Positions 49,901 to 64,000 of a DNA stretch of 64,000 nucleotides are shown in pieces. The translations under genes and the position numbers were made by a program. Within the stretch, counting starts at the first letter, position 1. Each line of letters starts with the position of its first letter. The stretch comes from Bugula neritina (taxonomy: Eukaryota > Animalia > Bryozoa): NCBI GenBank assembly GCA_964035545.1, contig OZ037765.1:18662995-18726994 (forward strand), written 5' to 3'. The notes beneath the pieces were generated by a model. The model was not told the DNA's origin. It saw nothing but the letters and a program-made list of their open reading frames with translations, and did no database searches.

Positions 49901-52755
49901 TTACGTCTGTGACGAGTGTGGGAAGAGATTCTCAAGTTGCACCAACCACCGTAACCACATTAGAATACACAGCGGTACGTGTACCAGCTGCATATAACTA
50001 ACTTACTGCAAGTCATGTTTATGGGTGTTGTGTTACAAGACGTGGTATTTTTTCTACAATGTTGGTACACACCACTGTAATGTGTGTTGATTATATATAT
50101 ATTTTTTTTAAGGTGAAAGGCCGTACGTATGCCAGTTTGAAGGTTGTGATAAGAGATTCACGGAATACTCCAGTTTGTACAAACACAACGTAGTGCATAG
50201 TGCGAGCAAACCATACGCATGCCCACAGTGTGGTAAGCTGTATAGACAAGCTTCTACCCTGGCCATGCACAAAAGGACGGCGCACGGTGAGTCAGAGCTC
50301 GTCCTAACTGGAGGCGACGTGATGACTGGACAACTGATAACATGTGAGTTGGCACTTACCACGTGTATAATATAAGTGTGGTGCGTGTAATATACACTAA
50401 CACCTGAATAAAGATGAGTGTTATATAAATAATATATGTATTATTTGAGTAATATACGAGTGTTATGTCTATAATATGTCAGCAACAGAAACAAAATGCT
50501 ATAACAATGTGTGTTTTATTGTGCTACATGTTTTATTACGAAATTTGCAAATATTTTAGATTTGATATGTGAAGTAGTTTTCTAACTTTTAAGTTTGAAA
50601 GGATAGAGTATATAATTTGTGTGGTATGGTGTTACAGTGGAACAAACCAAGGGCACTGTTCTATCTACTGGAGTTGTGGGCGTGATTAACTCTCAAAACA
50701 AACAGGTAAAGCGATGCCATCATGTCTGTCTTAAGTTTTTCCTGCTGTGTACAAGTATATATATTTTTTTATTTTATTCATTTTTTAGTTTATTGTAAAA
50801 TCGTTGATCAATGTCGTTGATCGTGTCACTTTCAAAACTTAGCCTTAGCCTAGTGGTTAGAGCACTGGCTTAGTAAACACAAGGTCAGTGGCTTGAATCC
50901 CAGTAAATACCATCAGTGATGTTAGGAAGGGCATTCAGTCATAATTGCTTCTTTTTCCACAATAGAAAACAAGCCCTTAGCTTGCTGAAAAACCTTTCTA
51001 TTAAGGTTTTTTCACAGGAATGTCGATTATAAATTATAAGTTTTGTTAAATTCAATCAGTTAACTAATAAGGTTTATGTTTGTAGTTTACTACAAAGAGA
51101 GTACCTTCGGCCTCTCTCGCCACGTCAATCAGTCGTACAAGATTGGAGGATCAAATAGACCTCTCACAGATTGATCCTGACAACCTGGTCATCGTGACTC
51201 ACCCTTGTTTTAAGATTGTACAGTCTGAGGTACTTCAATAGCAGCTTTAGGATATATTATTTCTCTGTTTGGCTATTATGGTAGCGGACTAAACAGGTGG
51301 AGAAAATAATATACATAATTAATAATCCAGCCATAAGTTCTCCCTGAAACATGTATTATTAGGATTTTACAGTTTTTATTAGCGTGGCTTAAACAATAAC
51401 AAAAAGATTTTTTGACAGCACTTATATGCTGTAACTTTGTATTGGTGAATAATTTTCTACCTTAGAACTCAGCATGAATACCAATGGTTAAGTGTGTTCC
51501 ATGCTGTGCTAAGAGTTGGCTTGCCCATATTCAACATACTTGTAAATGTAGGCTATAATTTCTATTCTCCAGTGAATCAGCCTGGCTGTTGCTTTTTCCC
51601 TTATCAATAGCAATAAACAAATTAATGGTGTTTTTAACAAAAGTACCAAATGCCCCTGCCAATACTCTACTCTAACTCATGAAACAAAAATAACACTCCT
51701 GAAAGGGCATTATATAACAGCTGGCATAACAATCTTCTCACATTCTAATATTCGTCCACTCCAACTTTTCCTCAATTGCTATAAAGGACAAAGCACTGCA
51801 GGACAAAGTAGCTTTGGGTTTTGTTGTATATAAACTCTGTGATAGATCTTACACAGTTTAGGCAGTTTTGGTATTATTGTTTCATTTTTTATATTGGATT
51901 TATGTCTCCTGTTTTAGAGTGCAGGTTGACCTTGATCATATTAAATAAATATAAGTGCTGCATTAAGGCACTTTCTGAAACTGTATTGAATATAGTGAAT
52001 TCTTGGCTCCCTTTGGTCTGAAGCTGTTTTCAGCTCTACACTTTCAACTGTTTGTAACGTCAAATTACAATGTGTTGATTTATTATTTAACTCAATGAGC
52101 AACAATAAGCCCAATAATTTGAATACTGAGTTTGTATGAATAAAGCAAATGATTGCTTTGAAAAATTGAAATTGAATTACCTGGTCACGATCCAAGATTT
52201 GTTTACAATGAATATGTTGTGCATTCTGTATTTTATATGCTGTCTGAATGAACTGTTGTGTGTTTGATTCATGCAATGACATGAGAATATCATGTGCCAG
52301 GTTTCAATACATCTAAGTCACTTCTAAATCACCGTGTTCCTGAATAATAAAAGTCAATACAAATGACTTACTATAGATTAGTAATTATTGGAATAGCTTA
52401 AGAATAAAGTTGCAGTTATTTATTACGTCATCGTTAGTTGATGAAGGATTTGCAGAGTTGAATATTAGCTAAAATTTAGTTTTTCGGTAAAATTAAGTTA
52501 CTTTTCTTCCCACAGCTAAAATAATTCTCATTTTAATGTTTTGAAGTCTGCTTCTAGTGACCGTATCTTCTCTGAAAACAGGGTAATTCAAGGTCTGACG
52601 GTATGAGCACTCAGATGGTGTACACAGACTGTATCACCAACCAGGGAAATGTCGTCAGCAAAATCAGCAGACCAGGTGTTACAGAAGTCAACTCAGTCAC
52701 AACGCAAGGTCTGGACCTCACACCCTCTGACATAATAGCAGACACTGTGTCGTGA
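43973..52755 (+). CDS. ZNF143: ZNF143/ZNF76 (Staf) transcription factor, 7 C2H2 fingers, 11 coding exons, ~502 aa
   Basis: Exons 43973-44041, 47174-47273, 47591-47695, 48172-48305, 48640-48753, 48927-49122, 49801-49974, 50113-50343, 50638-50705, 51086-51229, 52582-52755. Total 1509 nt in frame. N-terminal [11 protein letters not shown] and [11 protein letters not shown] repeats; finger helices [44 protein letters not shown] are diagnostic. Terminal exons are less certain. Confidence 0.93.
44536..46987. mobile_element. Foldback-type non-autonomous DNA transposon with ~600-bp inverted arms
   Basis: 44536-45135 is a near-identical reverse complement of 46386-46987. Termini AT|AGAGGCTTTTCACAAG ... 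CTTGTGAAAAGCCTCT|AT; no transposase ORF. Confidence 0.85.
45344..45492. mobile_element. MITE-like element, copy 3 (nested in the foldback spacer)
   Basis: TAGGAGCATGCAGTAGTGAAGAAATTGAGA ... TCTCAATTTCTCCATTAGTACTGCATCTA. Confidence 0.78.
47674..48009 (+). repeat. 40-bp minisatellite, 8 full units plus a partial one, spanning a ZNF143 exon/intron junction
   Basis: Unit TATGTACACTCTACATATAAAG|GTA(T/G)TAGTAGGTGTATTG starting at 47674, 47714 ... 47954, 47994. Confidence 0.97.
50840..51032 (+). mobile_element. tRNA-derived SINE (subfamily B), full length
   Basis: A-box TAGCCTAGTGG, loop TTAGTAA, B-box-like GCTTGAATCC, core GATGTTAGGAAGGGCATTCAG, shared tail. Confidence 0.85.
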
Positions 52756-54262
52756 CATTATATCGTCACATCAGTATTTAGCTGCTCGATTGGTCTTGAA
52801 CAACCTAACATAGTGTATGTTTACATGCAGATTGTTTTGTGTTCAATAAAGTTAGAAATGTAAGTGTGCAATTTTGAGCACATGTTATGTCAATCATGTA
52901 CACTGAGTATGCTCTTTCTTTTCGCTCATGCATTTCTACAAATCTATTTGATTTAATAAAATAGTGTGATAAAAATCTATTACCTCCTACTTGTATTATT
53001 CTAATAATAAAGTTGACCCTTTGCTGCAGTACATACATGAAGTGTGCTGCTGTGCATTCAATCCTTTAGTAAACTTTAATCAAATTAACATATTTAATGT
53101 GGCAATCTGAAATCAGTGAATGCCTGATCAATACCTTCAACTACATTCACTAAACTACATGAGCACTGATTGTTTTTAATTTGTTTTATTGATCACCAGT
53201 TCAAATCTCAGCCTGTCGGCCCTTGGCAGTATCTGGAACACCCACTAAAGGAACTTTTAGATTACTAGAAGCAAACCGTTATAGTTACTTACAATATGTA
53301 GGTTAAACTTTCCTACTCCCACCCCCTCTCTGTATATCTATTACTACAATATAAATATAATTATGTTGTAATTAGAAGTACTTTACATACGTTTTTTATA
53401 CTAATATGTACCTTGTACAGTTAGAAGTACAGCATGTACTCTATATAGTTGAAGCAACATGCATACTGTTCTTATTATGAAACAGTGCTTGTATTAAAAT
53501 ACTATGGCTGTAATAATTTATAATTCATCTATAACGAATACCCTAGTTGGAATAATATGTGCTTTGGTTATAATAATACATTATCTACCATACTTACAAA
53601 ATCAATATCCCCTCTAAAGTTTATCCTTTTGAGCTGAAATGTTTAATGAGAATACAATTCAAGAATTGAGGCAAAAATTTAATTGATGTTTTATTTAAAC
53701 CTTTTAAAAATTGTCCTCTAGTTGTAACTTTTATATCATTATTCCAAAGCTTCCGTATATATTACATCAAATATTGCAGCTATGATTATATGTACCCTTG
53801 TTTTAATAAAGCTATAACATAACTATAATCATACGGCTCATTTTACCCTATAACCTATAGTTATGACAAGTATCCTACTTCTATAGATATGCCCTATTGT
53901 TAAGTAATCTGTGCATTCTATTGTTATATACACCTTGCCTACATTATGCACCTCATTTGTAACATATAAGAACCTGAATATATAGATTTTTTATGTTGGT
54001 GAAATGTTGACAAGCTTAAATCTCGTCTAGGTATTATTTGTTTTAGAGAATTACAATTAGATATTAATTGATTGGCTGAACTATGCTGGCTAAATAATTT
54101 ATACAGGCCTAGAGTTGATATTATAATATATTATGCTTTCAGCAAAGGGCTTTCATTATAGGCGTTGCTTGGAAAATGAGATGACATTTTAGGTGCATAG
54201 TCTGTGCCCACAGTGGTTCAGTAATGTAGCAGCAGCAGAGTGGCACTCCCTATCTGCTAGTC

Positions 54263-57200
54263 ATGTATAACGTGAATATAGCCAGCAGCTCCACAGGAGG
54301 GCCTAAGGCTCACTCTGATCTCTATTCACAGTAAGTATCTTTTAATTTCTCCTAAGACTCAGCATACTAGTCTCATCTCTCTAGTTTAAGACATTCTACA
54401 ATAATGAAAATAAACAAATATAACATATATGATAATGATGATCATTACTTTTCCGTAATGTGATTGAATGTCACATCTTTCATCACTAAATGATTTGCTG
54501 TGTTGCTATTTCATGACTCTATATTGTATTATGGAAGGCAGGTGATAGGCTTTTGTGTACCTATAATAAAATAAAGATTATAGAATCAGCAATAAAAAAC
54601 TCAAGCAAGTTTATAGTCACCATCTGTGTGAGAAAGCCCCTTAGGGTTTTTGTCAAATCAGGCTAAGGACTTGTTCAGATGAGGCACAGGAGCAATTATG
54701 ACTGGATGCTCTTCTTAACATCAACAATGGCCTTTGTCGGGTTCGAACCCACGACTTTGTGTTTACTAGGCAAACACTCTAGCCCCTAAACCACGGCTGC
54801 TCCTGATTAGATAAGAAACAACAATGTTTAATATTATTCAAAGCTTCTGACAGTATTTTGAACATTGGAAAACCAATTACAAAAGTATTAAGAAAAGATT
54901 TAACTACTTCAAGTGACTGGGACTAGAGTCAAAGTGATTCCTAATCAAGCATCTAGTAATCTGTGCAATCTTTAATTAGGCAGAAATTTTTATATCTGGG
55001 CATTTGGCTGTATCTCTTTCATTATTTTACATAAATATTTTATAAATAATAATCATATAAAGTATAAATAAAGTCAATAAGAGTAAAAGGCTTTAAAGTA
55101 TAGACTTATAGTGTGTAAGCAATTCTACATTTCAGATCTCGCTAATACTGCAAACACATGCAACTTTGCAAGTTGAATAAACTTATATGAAATATTGCTA
55201 CTAAAAAGTTTTTTCTAGCCAGCTCTTATTGCAATTGGCTTAGATTTATCCTCAGAAGTACTTCTTATACTGAACCCTAATAGTCTAAGCATTTCATATC
55301 ATAATTTAAGTATTTTTTCATTTCTGCATGCTTTTCCTAGGTTGATGTTCTACAGCCTCTGCTTACTTATGATATTCTTGTGAAATGTATAAGTATAACT
55401 GCTGCACAGTAGAATAAATATGACAAAATTCAAAGAACAAACTATTTGATAATTTTTGTAAATATTGTGCACTATTAATTGTTATGTTACTTATTAACAG
55501 ATACTAGAATAAGTAATATTTTAAACTTTAAACTTCAGTTATTAAGCAGCTAACTTTACGTTATACAATGCACCCTTGGCCATAGATTTGTGAAAGTGCA
55601 TTATATAACATGAAGCAGAGACCTAAAAATAGAGTAAGGTGTTTGATTTCTAACATATTTTGTGTTACATATCTTGCACGATCTAAAACCTGCATTTAAG
55701 TAACAGTATATCTATATTGTTCAGTACTTTGTTTTAGTGAAGTGAAAAAATAATTGTTCAACACTTTGAAATAGAGCTGGTTACGTCAAAGCTAAATGTC
55801 ATTTGAGACAACCAATGCTGAGTCTTAATTTTGTGCCTATTTAACTTGGAATTAACTTTTGTTTACTATAAATGAGCATTCTTGTGCAAAAATACGATGG
55901 TATTGTTTTATACAACTATGTTAATAATTCAAGGTGACTGAAGCCTACCGCAACAATCTTACAGCTACTTCTTACAATATAATGATATGCAGTTAGACCT
56001 GGTAAAATTTGTATAATTGATATTCCATGTTCATGCCTGAGATTTTTAGTTATCATGAAATCTAAACCAGCAATTGCTAATGGGAAAATTCAATGGCTAT
56101 TGTGATTAATAACTGAGGAGTTAAGAAACAGAGCTGAACTAAAACCATAGCAAACCAAGTTGACAGCTTTCTTTTTTGAGCCATGGCTATTTTGAAAAAA
56201 AACATGTGAAGTCTGAATTATTAAGTTATGCACTGACTTGAATCAATTTGAATTATAGGCTGTTTGTCCGAAATCAATAAAATTGTGATGCTCAGTAAAA
56301 TAATATTGTATTCATCTAGCAATTTGAATATGGAAGAGAATCATTGCTCCTATAGTAGTAGTAGAATTAATTCTAGATTCCCTTATAATCAACCAAAATC
56401 AATAATAATAAATATGCTATAATTAACCAGTTACTGTAAGTGGCAAATCTCAAAAAAATGTTAAAACTCAAGTTGTAAGTCTTGAGTTATTTGAAACCAC
56501 AATAACTGTACGTTTCATTAACACGACCTGTAATTATTAAGTTGCCAAACATTCATCAATGCCATTTTATAAATATTTGTGAGTAATAAAAGAATTGATG
56601 GTTACAAAATTGTCGTAAGTATTTTGGAACTGTTTACAATAAATTTAATTTTATTATGGGTGGCCCTCACCCCCCCCCCCATCCTAACCCTTATATACTA
56701 TGTAATCACCATAACCCCTGTTTAACAACACTAATATTGTTGATAATGTAATCACATTTACAGTTTTCCACCACACTACTGGGCCATAAGGGATTACTTT
56801 ACATGAAAATTGCAGCAAACTGGTCAAAGTAGTTGTATCATCAAGTTAATGGTCTTAGCAAGTTTTCAAGGAACTTCAAGTACTCAAGTTATAATATGAG
56901 CTTCTGTTTTAAGTCAACATTTGACTTATACCTTACTTGCATGACTAAGGATGTTATCTATTTAATTACTTTAGTTTATTAGCTATGGATTAATACCTAT
57001 AAGCAGCACGTTCGCAAAAGTTTATTTTTCACTAATTAAAAACCTATAAAAAGAGGCAAAATTTGGTTTTTGATAATTTCATGCGCTTTAAATCAAACTG
57101 AAAGAATAAAAAATCTCTACATACAGTTGTATAAAAGTTTTTGATTGCTATACTACTCTTAACTTTACTATCTGAAATTCTAGCGTTTTATTTGTTATCT

Positions 57201-60200
57201 AGTCTCAGTATAGCCGTAGTATTACCTTAACACCATCTCTAAAAACACACACTTTTATTAAATGATAATTGTTTGATAATTTTATAGTATTAATAGTTCA
57301 ATTACCAAGCATATTGCAATTTAATTTCAGATACAGTAGAACTATAGTCTTCTGTTCTGTGGTACCCATTCAGTATTTAGGACATGTTGAAGTGAGGCTG
57401 AAGTTTCACCAAAGTAATTAGAACCAAGTGTCAAGGGCAAATATCTAATTGATTGTGATAATTAACTAACACTAACCTTTCACTGCATGTGATACCTACT
57501 GATACTTCCAGAGTGGTGCAGCAAACAGAGAACATAATTTAGAAAAAGAGGAAATAAAATATGATGTTGCAAACAGAAACAAACACACACACGCACACAC
57601 ACGCGCACACACACACACACGCACACACGCACACACGTGCGCACACACATATAAAGCTCAAAATGCAAGCTATATCATATTTAAATATTTTTTGACAATA
57701 ATTAGCTGAGTTTTCCCAATACAACAATTCGTGACTTAGGGTGTATATCAATGAGATACAGTAGCATCCTTCTCAATTTTATTCTATGCAACATCATAAC
57801 ATACTTTTTGTCCTAATTATTATAACTGAAGATATTTTGCAATATGCTAAAATAACAAGTATTGAAAGTATAAAAAGTTGAATAGCAGCTTTTTGCTGCA
57901 AATATATTTCATTTTTACAAATTACTGATTCACAGGCAGTGTTACTGTCTGTCAAATTCCCAAGAGAGAAATATATTACAGCAACGAGGCTACTCCAACC
58001 TCTTCAAACACACCCCGCCCACTCATGTCTAGCCCTTCTAATTAGTTCAAGGCTATACTGATTAGTCTGCATAGCCAATAATTGCAGCAATTATTAATTA
58101 TTTTAAATTATTTACACTATCAGAGGGTTGTTTTAAAAAAAACAAAGCTGTATTTTTGGTAATTAATAGGTTTCATGATATTACTAGGAAAATATGGTAT
58201 AGGAGCTATGGTATATAATAATAGTATTTTATAGTATAGAACAAAATCATCTTTTTTATATAAGAATTAATCATTGTTTCTGCCAAAGTTAAGAATGATA
58301 ATAGAGTGCTATGCTACTACTTTACTCTATCCGTTTATATTTCAAATTAAAAACAATCTTTTGTGGAAATTCGATCATTTAAATTTTTTATTGCAATAAC
58401 TAGGTAGCATATTATCATAGCATATTACATAATATTCTCAGTGTAAAATTAATGTGGTAGCATTTTTATAGGTGTGGTATTTTACCTCACATAATTATTT
58501 AGAATATCCATATTTAAGTTATATCGGAAAATCAATGGTTAAATAATGAATGTATAGTTTACTGTCCAATTGTTGTATGAGATGCATATATGCTACAGCT
58601 GGATGTATATTTTATAATACAGTAGCAGTTGTGATACGATACAGTAGAAAGAAGACAACTCTATTGGCAAATGCTTCAATACCAATTACTCTGCTATTGA
58701 TTGCTTTTTCACTCATTTAGGTTGCTAATTACGAATCAATAGTTTTTATATCTAAAGCATGCGTGTGCTGAGCTATAATTATTGCTCTAGCAGCATCTTA
58801 TGTATATAGGCACACCTACCATATCCCCTACACACTTAAGGTAACCATTCTAACACTATCACATTATAATAAACAACATTGTAAAACACACTGTTTTATT
58901 ATTGCTTATTTACAGCGTATTGTTTTAGATGTTAGTTATACTACTAACTTATTAGATTGTCATTTTATACAGAAGGAGCTAATTGTGTTAGTTGGTTTAC
59001 GTTTTTGCTGTAATACTGAAGAACCATAATCTATTTACTTTCGTTTAGTGCTGATGCTCAACAGCATTAGTGTATCGTATTGCTTAGCATTTATAATGTA
59101 TAAGGTTTTGGAGCTCGATTCATGTGAGAGTTTTGATAAGTTATTTGTCAACAACAGCTATCAATCTTCACCATGCAGGTAAACAGGCCATGTTTAGAGG
59201 TTAGAAATAATTGTAATTGCATTGAAGACACCAATGGAAAGTTGACCTTTGAGTACATTATGTAAACATTGTGAAAAGGTATATTAATAAATTATATAAT
59301 ATATGCAGTAGTGGGTAGCAAGTATTACCAAAGGCAATATAAAAAACTGAGTTGTGGATTTGTCAGTAAAAGTGAAAATTGTTATTTGTGTGTATTATAG
59401 TTATAACACATATAATAACTTATATCACTACCATCCCTGTTGCATGCAGGCGTGTAATTCAAATGTATAAGCAGCAGCAGCAGCAAAAACGAATTTTTTT
59501 ATGTCTCAATATCATATTATTATATCAATATTTTTGTGTATCACATTGAATAGCTAAATAAATAAAAGCTATGTTTGGTGCAAAATAATATTTGTTTAAC
59601 CATGCAAATATGCACTACTATTTTATCTAGCCAGTATTGACTTGTATTAACCTGCGGCTATAAGGCACTTAGACTATATTATACAAAAAGACCTCTCAAG
59701 TGTTCAATCCTATGTATAGATATGATTAGTGTGATCAGCTCTATAAAAAGACAAATATATTAATAAAAAACTATAACCAATACTTATTGGATAATAAAAC
59801 GATAACTCTATGCTATAGCATGAAGACAAATATTGCAACTGTTAGCATAATCTAATCAACTTATAACTGGTGTCCTTCATTTTATTTCTCTGTTACAGCA
59901 GAATCCCGGACTCTAACAGTTTAGTCGCCGAGTTCCACAGACATAGGAAGAACAACCGGCGGGTGAATGCTAGAGCTAAAGAGAAGGGCCTCCTTTCTGG
60001 TAGACGTCCAGTAATGCACAGAATAATAGATAATAGCTCACCACAAGCAGATGATTCATCAACCGAGCCAGATGGCAGAATAGAAAAGACCATTGGTACA
60101 GAGATGTGTGACAAGAGATGTCCGGAAGAAAGCACAGCACACACAACTCATACTGACAATGATATCATAGAAGAGCAAAGCGTATGGCCAACAGAAGACA

Positions 60201-63200
60201 TGCTAACACATAGGGCAAAGTCAAAAACAGTCACAGTAAATGTTGGGGGCCAGCGCCATCAGGTTCTATGGACTACACTGCAAAGAATTCCTAACACAAG
60301 GCTGGGGAGACTCTACAGTTGCGTGACACATGAGGCTATCATGTCCTTGTGTGATGACTACGACATCGCTCAGAATGAGTACTTCTTCGATAGACACCCG
60401 ACAGCATTTGCAACAGTCATAGACTTCTATCGAACAGGCAAATTGCACTTGATGGATGATATTTGTGTGATGTCTTACAGCGACGAGCTGGATTATTGGG
60501 GTATAGATGAGTATTATCTAGAACAATGTTGTTTGCACAAATTCAACCACAGAAGAGATCATATGATTGAAGAAATGAGAAAAGATGATGAGTGTTTAGG
60601 CCAAGAAAGTGCTGAGGAAGTCTTTGGTCCTGGGAAATATAACACAGCTAGAAAGTATGTTTGGGATCTGTTGGAGAAGCCAGATAGCTCCAAAGCAGCT
60701 AAGGTACCAAGATTACCATTATTATATAATATCATTATATATGTCATTAGCACCAATGGTTGAAAGATGATATTTATATAACATTATCTCTATTTAAACT
60801 TTGTTGGTCTCTACTAGTTGTCCAACATTCATCAATACTTGGAAAAGTCAATGAACCTAGTATAGGATATTATATAGATCTATATTCTACACATACACAT
60901 TATATTATTATAGTCTTGATAACATGAAATATTTTGCAATAGCAATAATTACTATTGCATACAATAATATGTTGCAGGCTGAATATTCCATTAACAAATA
61001 AGTTTTTGAAATACTGCTCTGCTAACATACTAAAACTATACTAAACTTTTGTTTTAGTGTATAAAGACAAAGTTCATTGTACAAAAAATTCAATATAATA
61101 TTGTAATACATTGAACGATCATATAATACTGATTTAAAAAGATATCTAAAGGTAGTGGCAAGAGCAGGTGTCAGCATGGCAGTTTATTTTAACAGCAGCT
61201 TTAAGTAATAATGACTGATTTTGTATATTATTAGTTTTTACTTTTTGTAAAGAAACCAATATGTGTCTGTGTTTAGCTGCTCTCCTTTTAGCTAGCTCAC
61301 AGAGTTTCGAATACAGTAGGCAAAACACTCACGTGGGTTTATGGTCAGAATCTCTGTGAGAAACCCTATGGAAAGGGACTTTTAGTGAGCTAAGGACTTG
61401 TTTTCTATATGGTGACAAAAGCTACTCAAGAAAATGTTGTTTGAAAACTTCAGTATAAGTTGAAATTGCATAAGATGAAGAATGGTGAAAATGAATTTTT
61501 TCTGTCCAATGAAATATGTCAATCGTTTTACTACGACACTGCACTAGAAATTAAGTACAGGTTTTTCTTTACTTGAGTTTTTGTCTCACTACTTTGAGTT
61601 ACTTATTAGTAGTGCTCCAACTTTTATGGCCTTTCAAAATATTTCATAGCATTGGAAGTACTATAATTTGCTGAGCTTTAATAACTTTTGTTACTATAAT
61701 TTGAATTAACAAACAATATTCTGATGAACTGTGAAATTAACGTTTAGAATAGAGTTTAGTTTTTATTGACTTTTCCATGTTTTTAAGGCAGAGAATATTT
61801 TGATAGATTCTCCATAACAGCATAGCCACACATTAGCTTCCGTGTATAAGTCAGGATCTCATGTCCTGTATTTATCTCAAAACTGCCTGCAGTGTGAGCA
61901 GTTACTCTTTTTGCATGCAATTAGTTCAACGTAGAACTGTTATAGGCCTAAAACCTGCCAAATAAAAACGTTTTCTATAGATAAATTTATTCGTATAATA
62001 GATAAATGCATGCAAATCGCATATTCTACAGCAAAGCACATTTTCTGAAGTTGCAATGTTTACACTTGCAGGTTTTACTCACATGTTGTGCTACAGTTTA
62101 TCATCATTTACTAAATCTGACAGCTCAGCATTATGCTATACACTATATTCATGTATATACAAGAAAGGTATTTGATGCCTACAATATGCTGTTAGCAGCT
62201 ACTAATTGCTTTCTCACTGGGCTGCCGTAATCAGATGCATTTACTGATTGCTAAACAGGGCATTGTGTGATGACTGGAACTGTCAACTGATGAAATACAC
62301 TTGCTTGTTATCTTCTTGGATAAGATCAATATTTTCTTATTTATTGCAACACAGCTAGAGAGAAATGTCTTATTTGTACATTTTATTTGTTATAATACAT
62401 CTTAAATCCCTTCATTCACTGGTAAAAGTAACATTTGACCCTAAATTATACATTATACAATATTATACAATATTTGGTGACGAGCTTTAAAATTACCATG
62501 GCTAAACCTATCAAAAGATGGAACATGTCATTTAAATTAGTTTTTTCTTTTTGGGGTTGTTGTTTATTTTTGGAGTTATTTACAAGCAGCTTTTCTTGAT
62601 GCTAATTTGTGTTATAACTGTAATTAAAAAATATATTCTAAATTCGTAAACATAAAACAATTCCAAACTAAACAAAAAGATACAAAATGGTCAAAAACAT
62701 GTTAGAGCACAGAAGTTATGAAGTTTGCTGGTTTGTGCAAGTTGTCTATAATAGAAAATTTAACATTCACGTAACCCAAGTTCTAAATCAGGAGATGAAG
62801 CAATAGTATTGTGATTGCACATGCGTTGTGTTAAATAAGTATTATAACTTCTCGAATAACTGCAAATGTTTGTAGATCAAGCAATACTCTGATCCTAATA
62901 GAATGCTCCAATCAAGTTCAAGTGTAGCTTCATGCACTAATTTTGAATATCTAATTAAATTGTGACACTATAATAATAATCATTAATAAAGTAAATATAG
63001 TTTTTAAAATTTAAATACATAAAATTTATTTAACTAAGAACTGACATTGCCTTGCTTCCAGAGTTTTCTTTTTTTTACACACATTTGAAGCTGCATTAGT
63101 TGTTACACAACAGTGGCTTCCCATATCTTTGCACTAGTTTTCTGACTGCTTTAATAGTTATGAGGAATTAGAGATAGATAATAGACATATACTGTCAGAA

Positions 63201-64000
63201 GAAATTATTGTTACCAGCTGCTGCTAGAACATTGTGCTGTATTACATCATAAAACAGTGTTTTCTAGGTGTTGAAGTGGCTATTAGAAAGTACATAACAG
63301 CTCAAAACATGCTCATTGGATGCCTTCAATGATTGCAGTAGCTTAGGTTTCCAGCTTATTGAGCAGCAAATTTAGTTTACGAAGGAGCATATAGATAAAT
63401 TTTTGTATGCATGCTGTATCAGTATAATTTGTATGCTTGTAGAGCAATTAAAGCAGTTATCTTCTCTCTGTGTATTGTAGGTGGTGGTTGTCATATCCAT
63501 ATTATTCATCATCATGTCAACTATAGGCTTAACACTGAACACTCTGCCTGAACTGAAAGTAAAAAATCCAGAAACTAATCTTCTGGAGGATAACAAAGCG
63601 TTAGAATGGGTAGAGACCATCTGCATCTGTTGGTTCACTCTGGAATATATTCTACGGTTCTGGAGTTCTCCTAACAAATGGAAGTTCTTCAAGGGATTTC
63701 TGAATGTGATTGACCTGTTAGCCATCTTACCGTACTTCCTGTCACTTGGCTTGCAGCACACTCAAAACACAAAGAGCACAATGCAGTTTACAACAGTCCG
63801 CAAGGCGGTACAAATCTTCCGTATTCTTCGAGTATTACGAGTACTCAAGCTAGCTCGTCACTCCACGGGTCTCCAATCCTTAGGCTATACTTTACAAAGG
63901 AGTTATAAAGAGCTTGGGCTATTAATGATGTTCTTAGCGATAACGGTGTTGATATTTTCTAGTTTAGCCTACTTTGCAGAAAAAGATGAGCCAATTACTA
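54263..64000 (+). CDS. Shab: Voltage-gated K+ channel Kv2/Shab (3' truncated by the window)
   Basis: Exons 54263-54330 (tentative first exon, phase-compatible), 59899-60703 (T1: [46 protein letters not shown]) and 63481->64000 (S1-S5; S4 [40 protein letters not shown]). Confidence 0.96.
54611..54803 (-). mobile_element. tRNA-Thr(AGT)-derived SINE (subfamily A), full length
   Basis: Reverse strand reads GGAGCAGCCGTGGTTTAGGGGCTAGAGTGTTTGCCTAGTAAACACAAAGTCGTGGGTTCGAACCCGAC, with a consensus B-box, then core and tail as at 17438. Confidence 0.88.
57582..57649. repeat. Compound (CA)n/(CACG) microsatellite
   Basis: ACACACACACGCACACACACGCGCACAC... Confidence 0.95.
61330..61418 (-). mobile_element. 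3' fragment of the SINE family (subfamily B tail)
   Basis: Reverse strand ATAGAAAAACAAGTCCTTAGC...GGGTTTCTCACAGAGATTCTGACCATAAACCCACG matches the SINE tails. Confidence 0.65.

Noticed and set aside
54730-54803. tRNA-Thr gene (also at 17438 and 50840)
   Set aside because: Acceptor and anticodon stems pair poorly and each head runs into a shared SINE core and tail.
57480-57751. Cys/Val-rich ORFs
   Set aside because: Translation of the CA microsatellite.
63372-63761. 129-aa minus-strand ORF and similar short ORFs (e.g. 39761-40072, 51941-52282, 32279-32569)
   Set aside because: Antisense to real exons or random AT-rich intronic ORFs with no recognisable domain.

Overview
AT-rich, intron-dense invertebrate animal DNA (not prokaryotic; no CRISPR, rRNA or genuine tRNA seen). 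I traced exons by hand using GT-AG boundaries and frame continuity. Eight multi-exon genes are present: plastin/fimbrin (-), AATF/Che-1 (-), a GT31 beta-1,3-glycosyltransferase (-, 5' end unresolved), NDUFV2 (-), RNF146 (+), AGPAT5 (-), ZNF143/ZNF76-Staf (+) and a Kv2/Shab channel (+, cut by the window end). Repeats include about 7 copies of a tRNA-Thr(AGT)-headed SINE, 3 copies of a ~150-bp MITE-like element, a 2.45-kb foldback element with ~600-bp inverted arms in ZNF143 intron 1, a decayed RTE-like LINE fragment and a candidate solo LTR. The most unusual signal is a degenerate 6-bp periodic pattern, (TNA-NWN)n, concentrated at gene 5' ends and first introns. Also notable is a 40-bp minisatellite that has copied a ZNF143 exon end and its splice donor eight times. 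All calls come from reading the sequence and recalled family motifs; no database searches were run.
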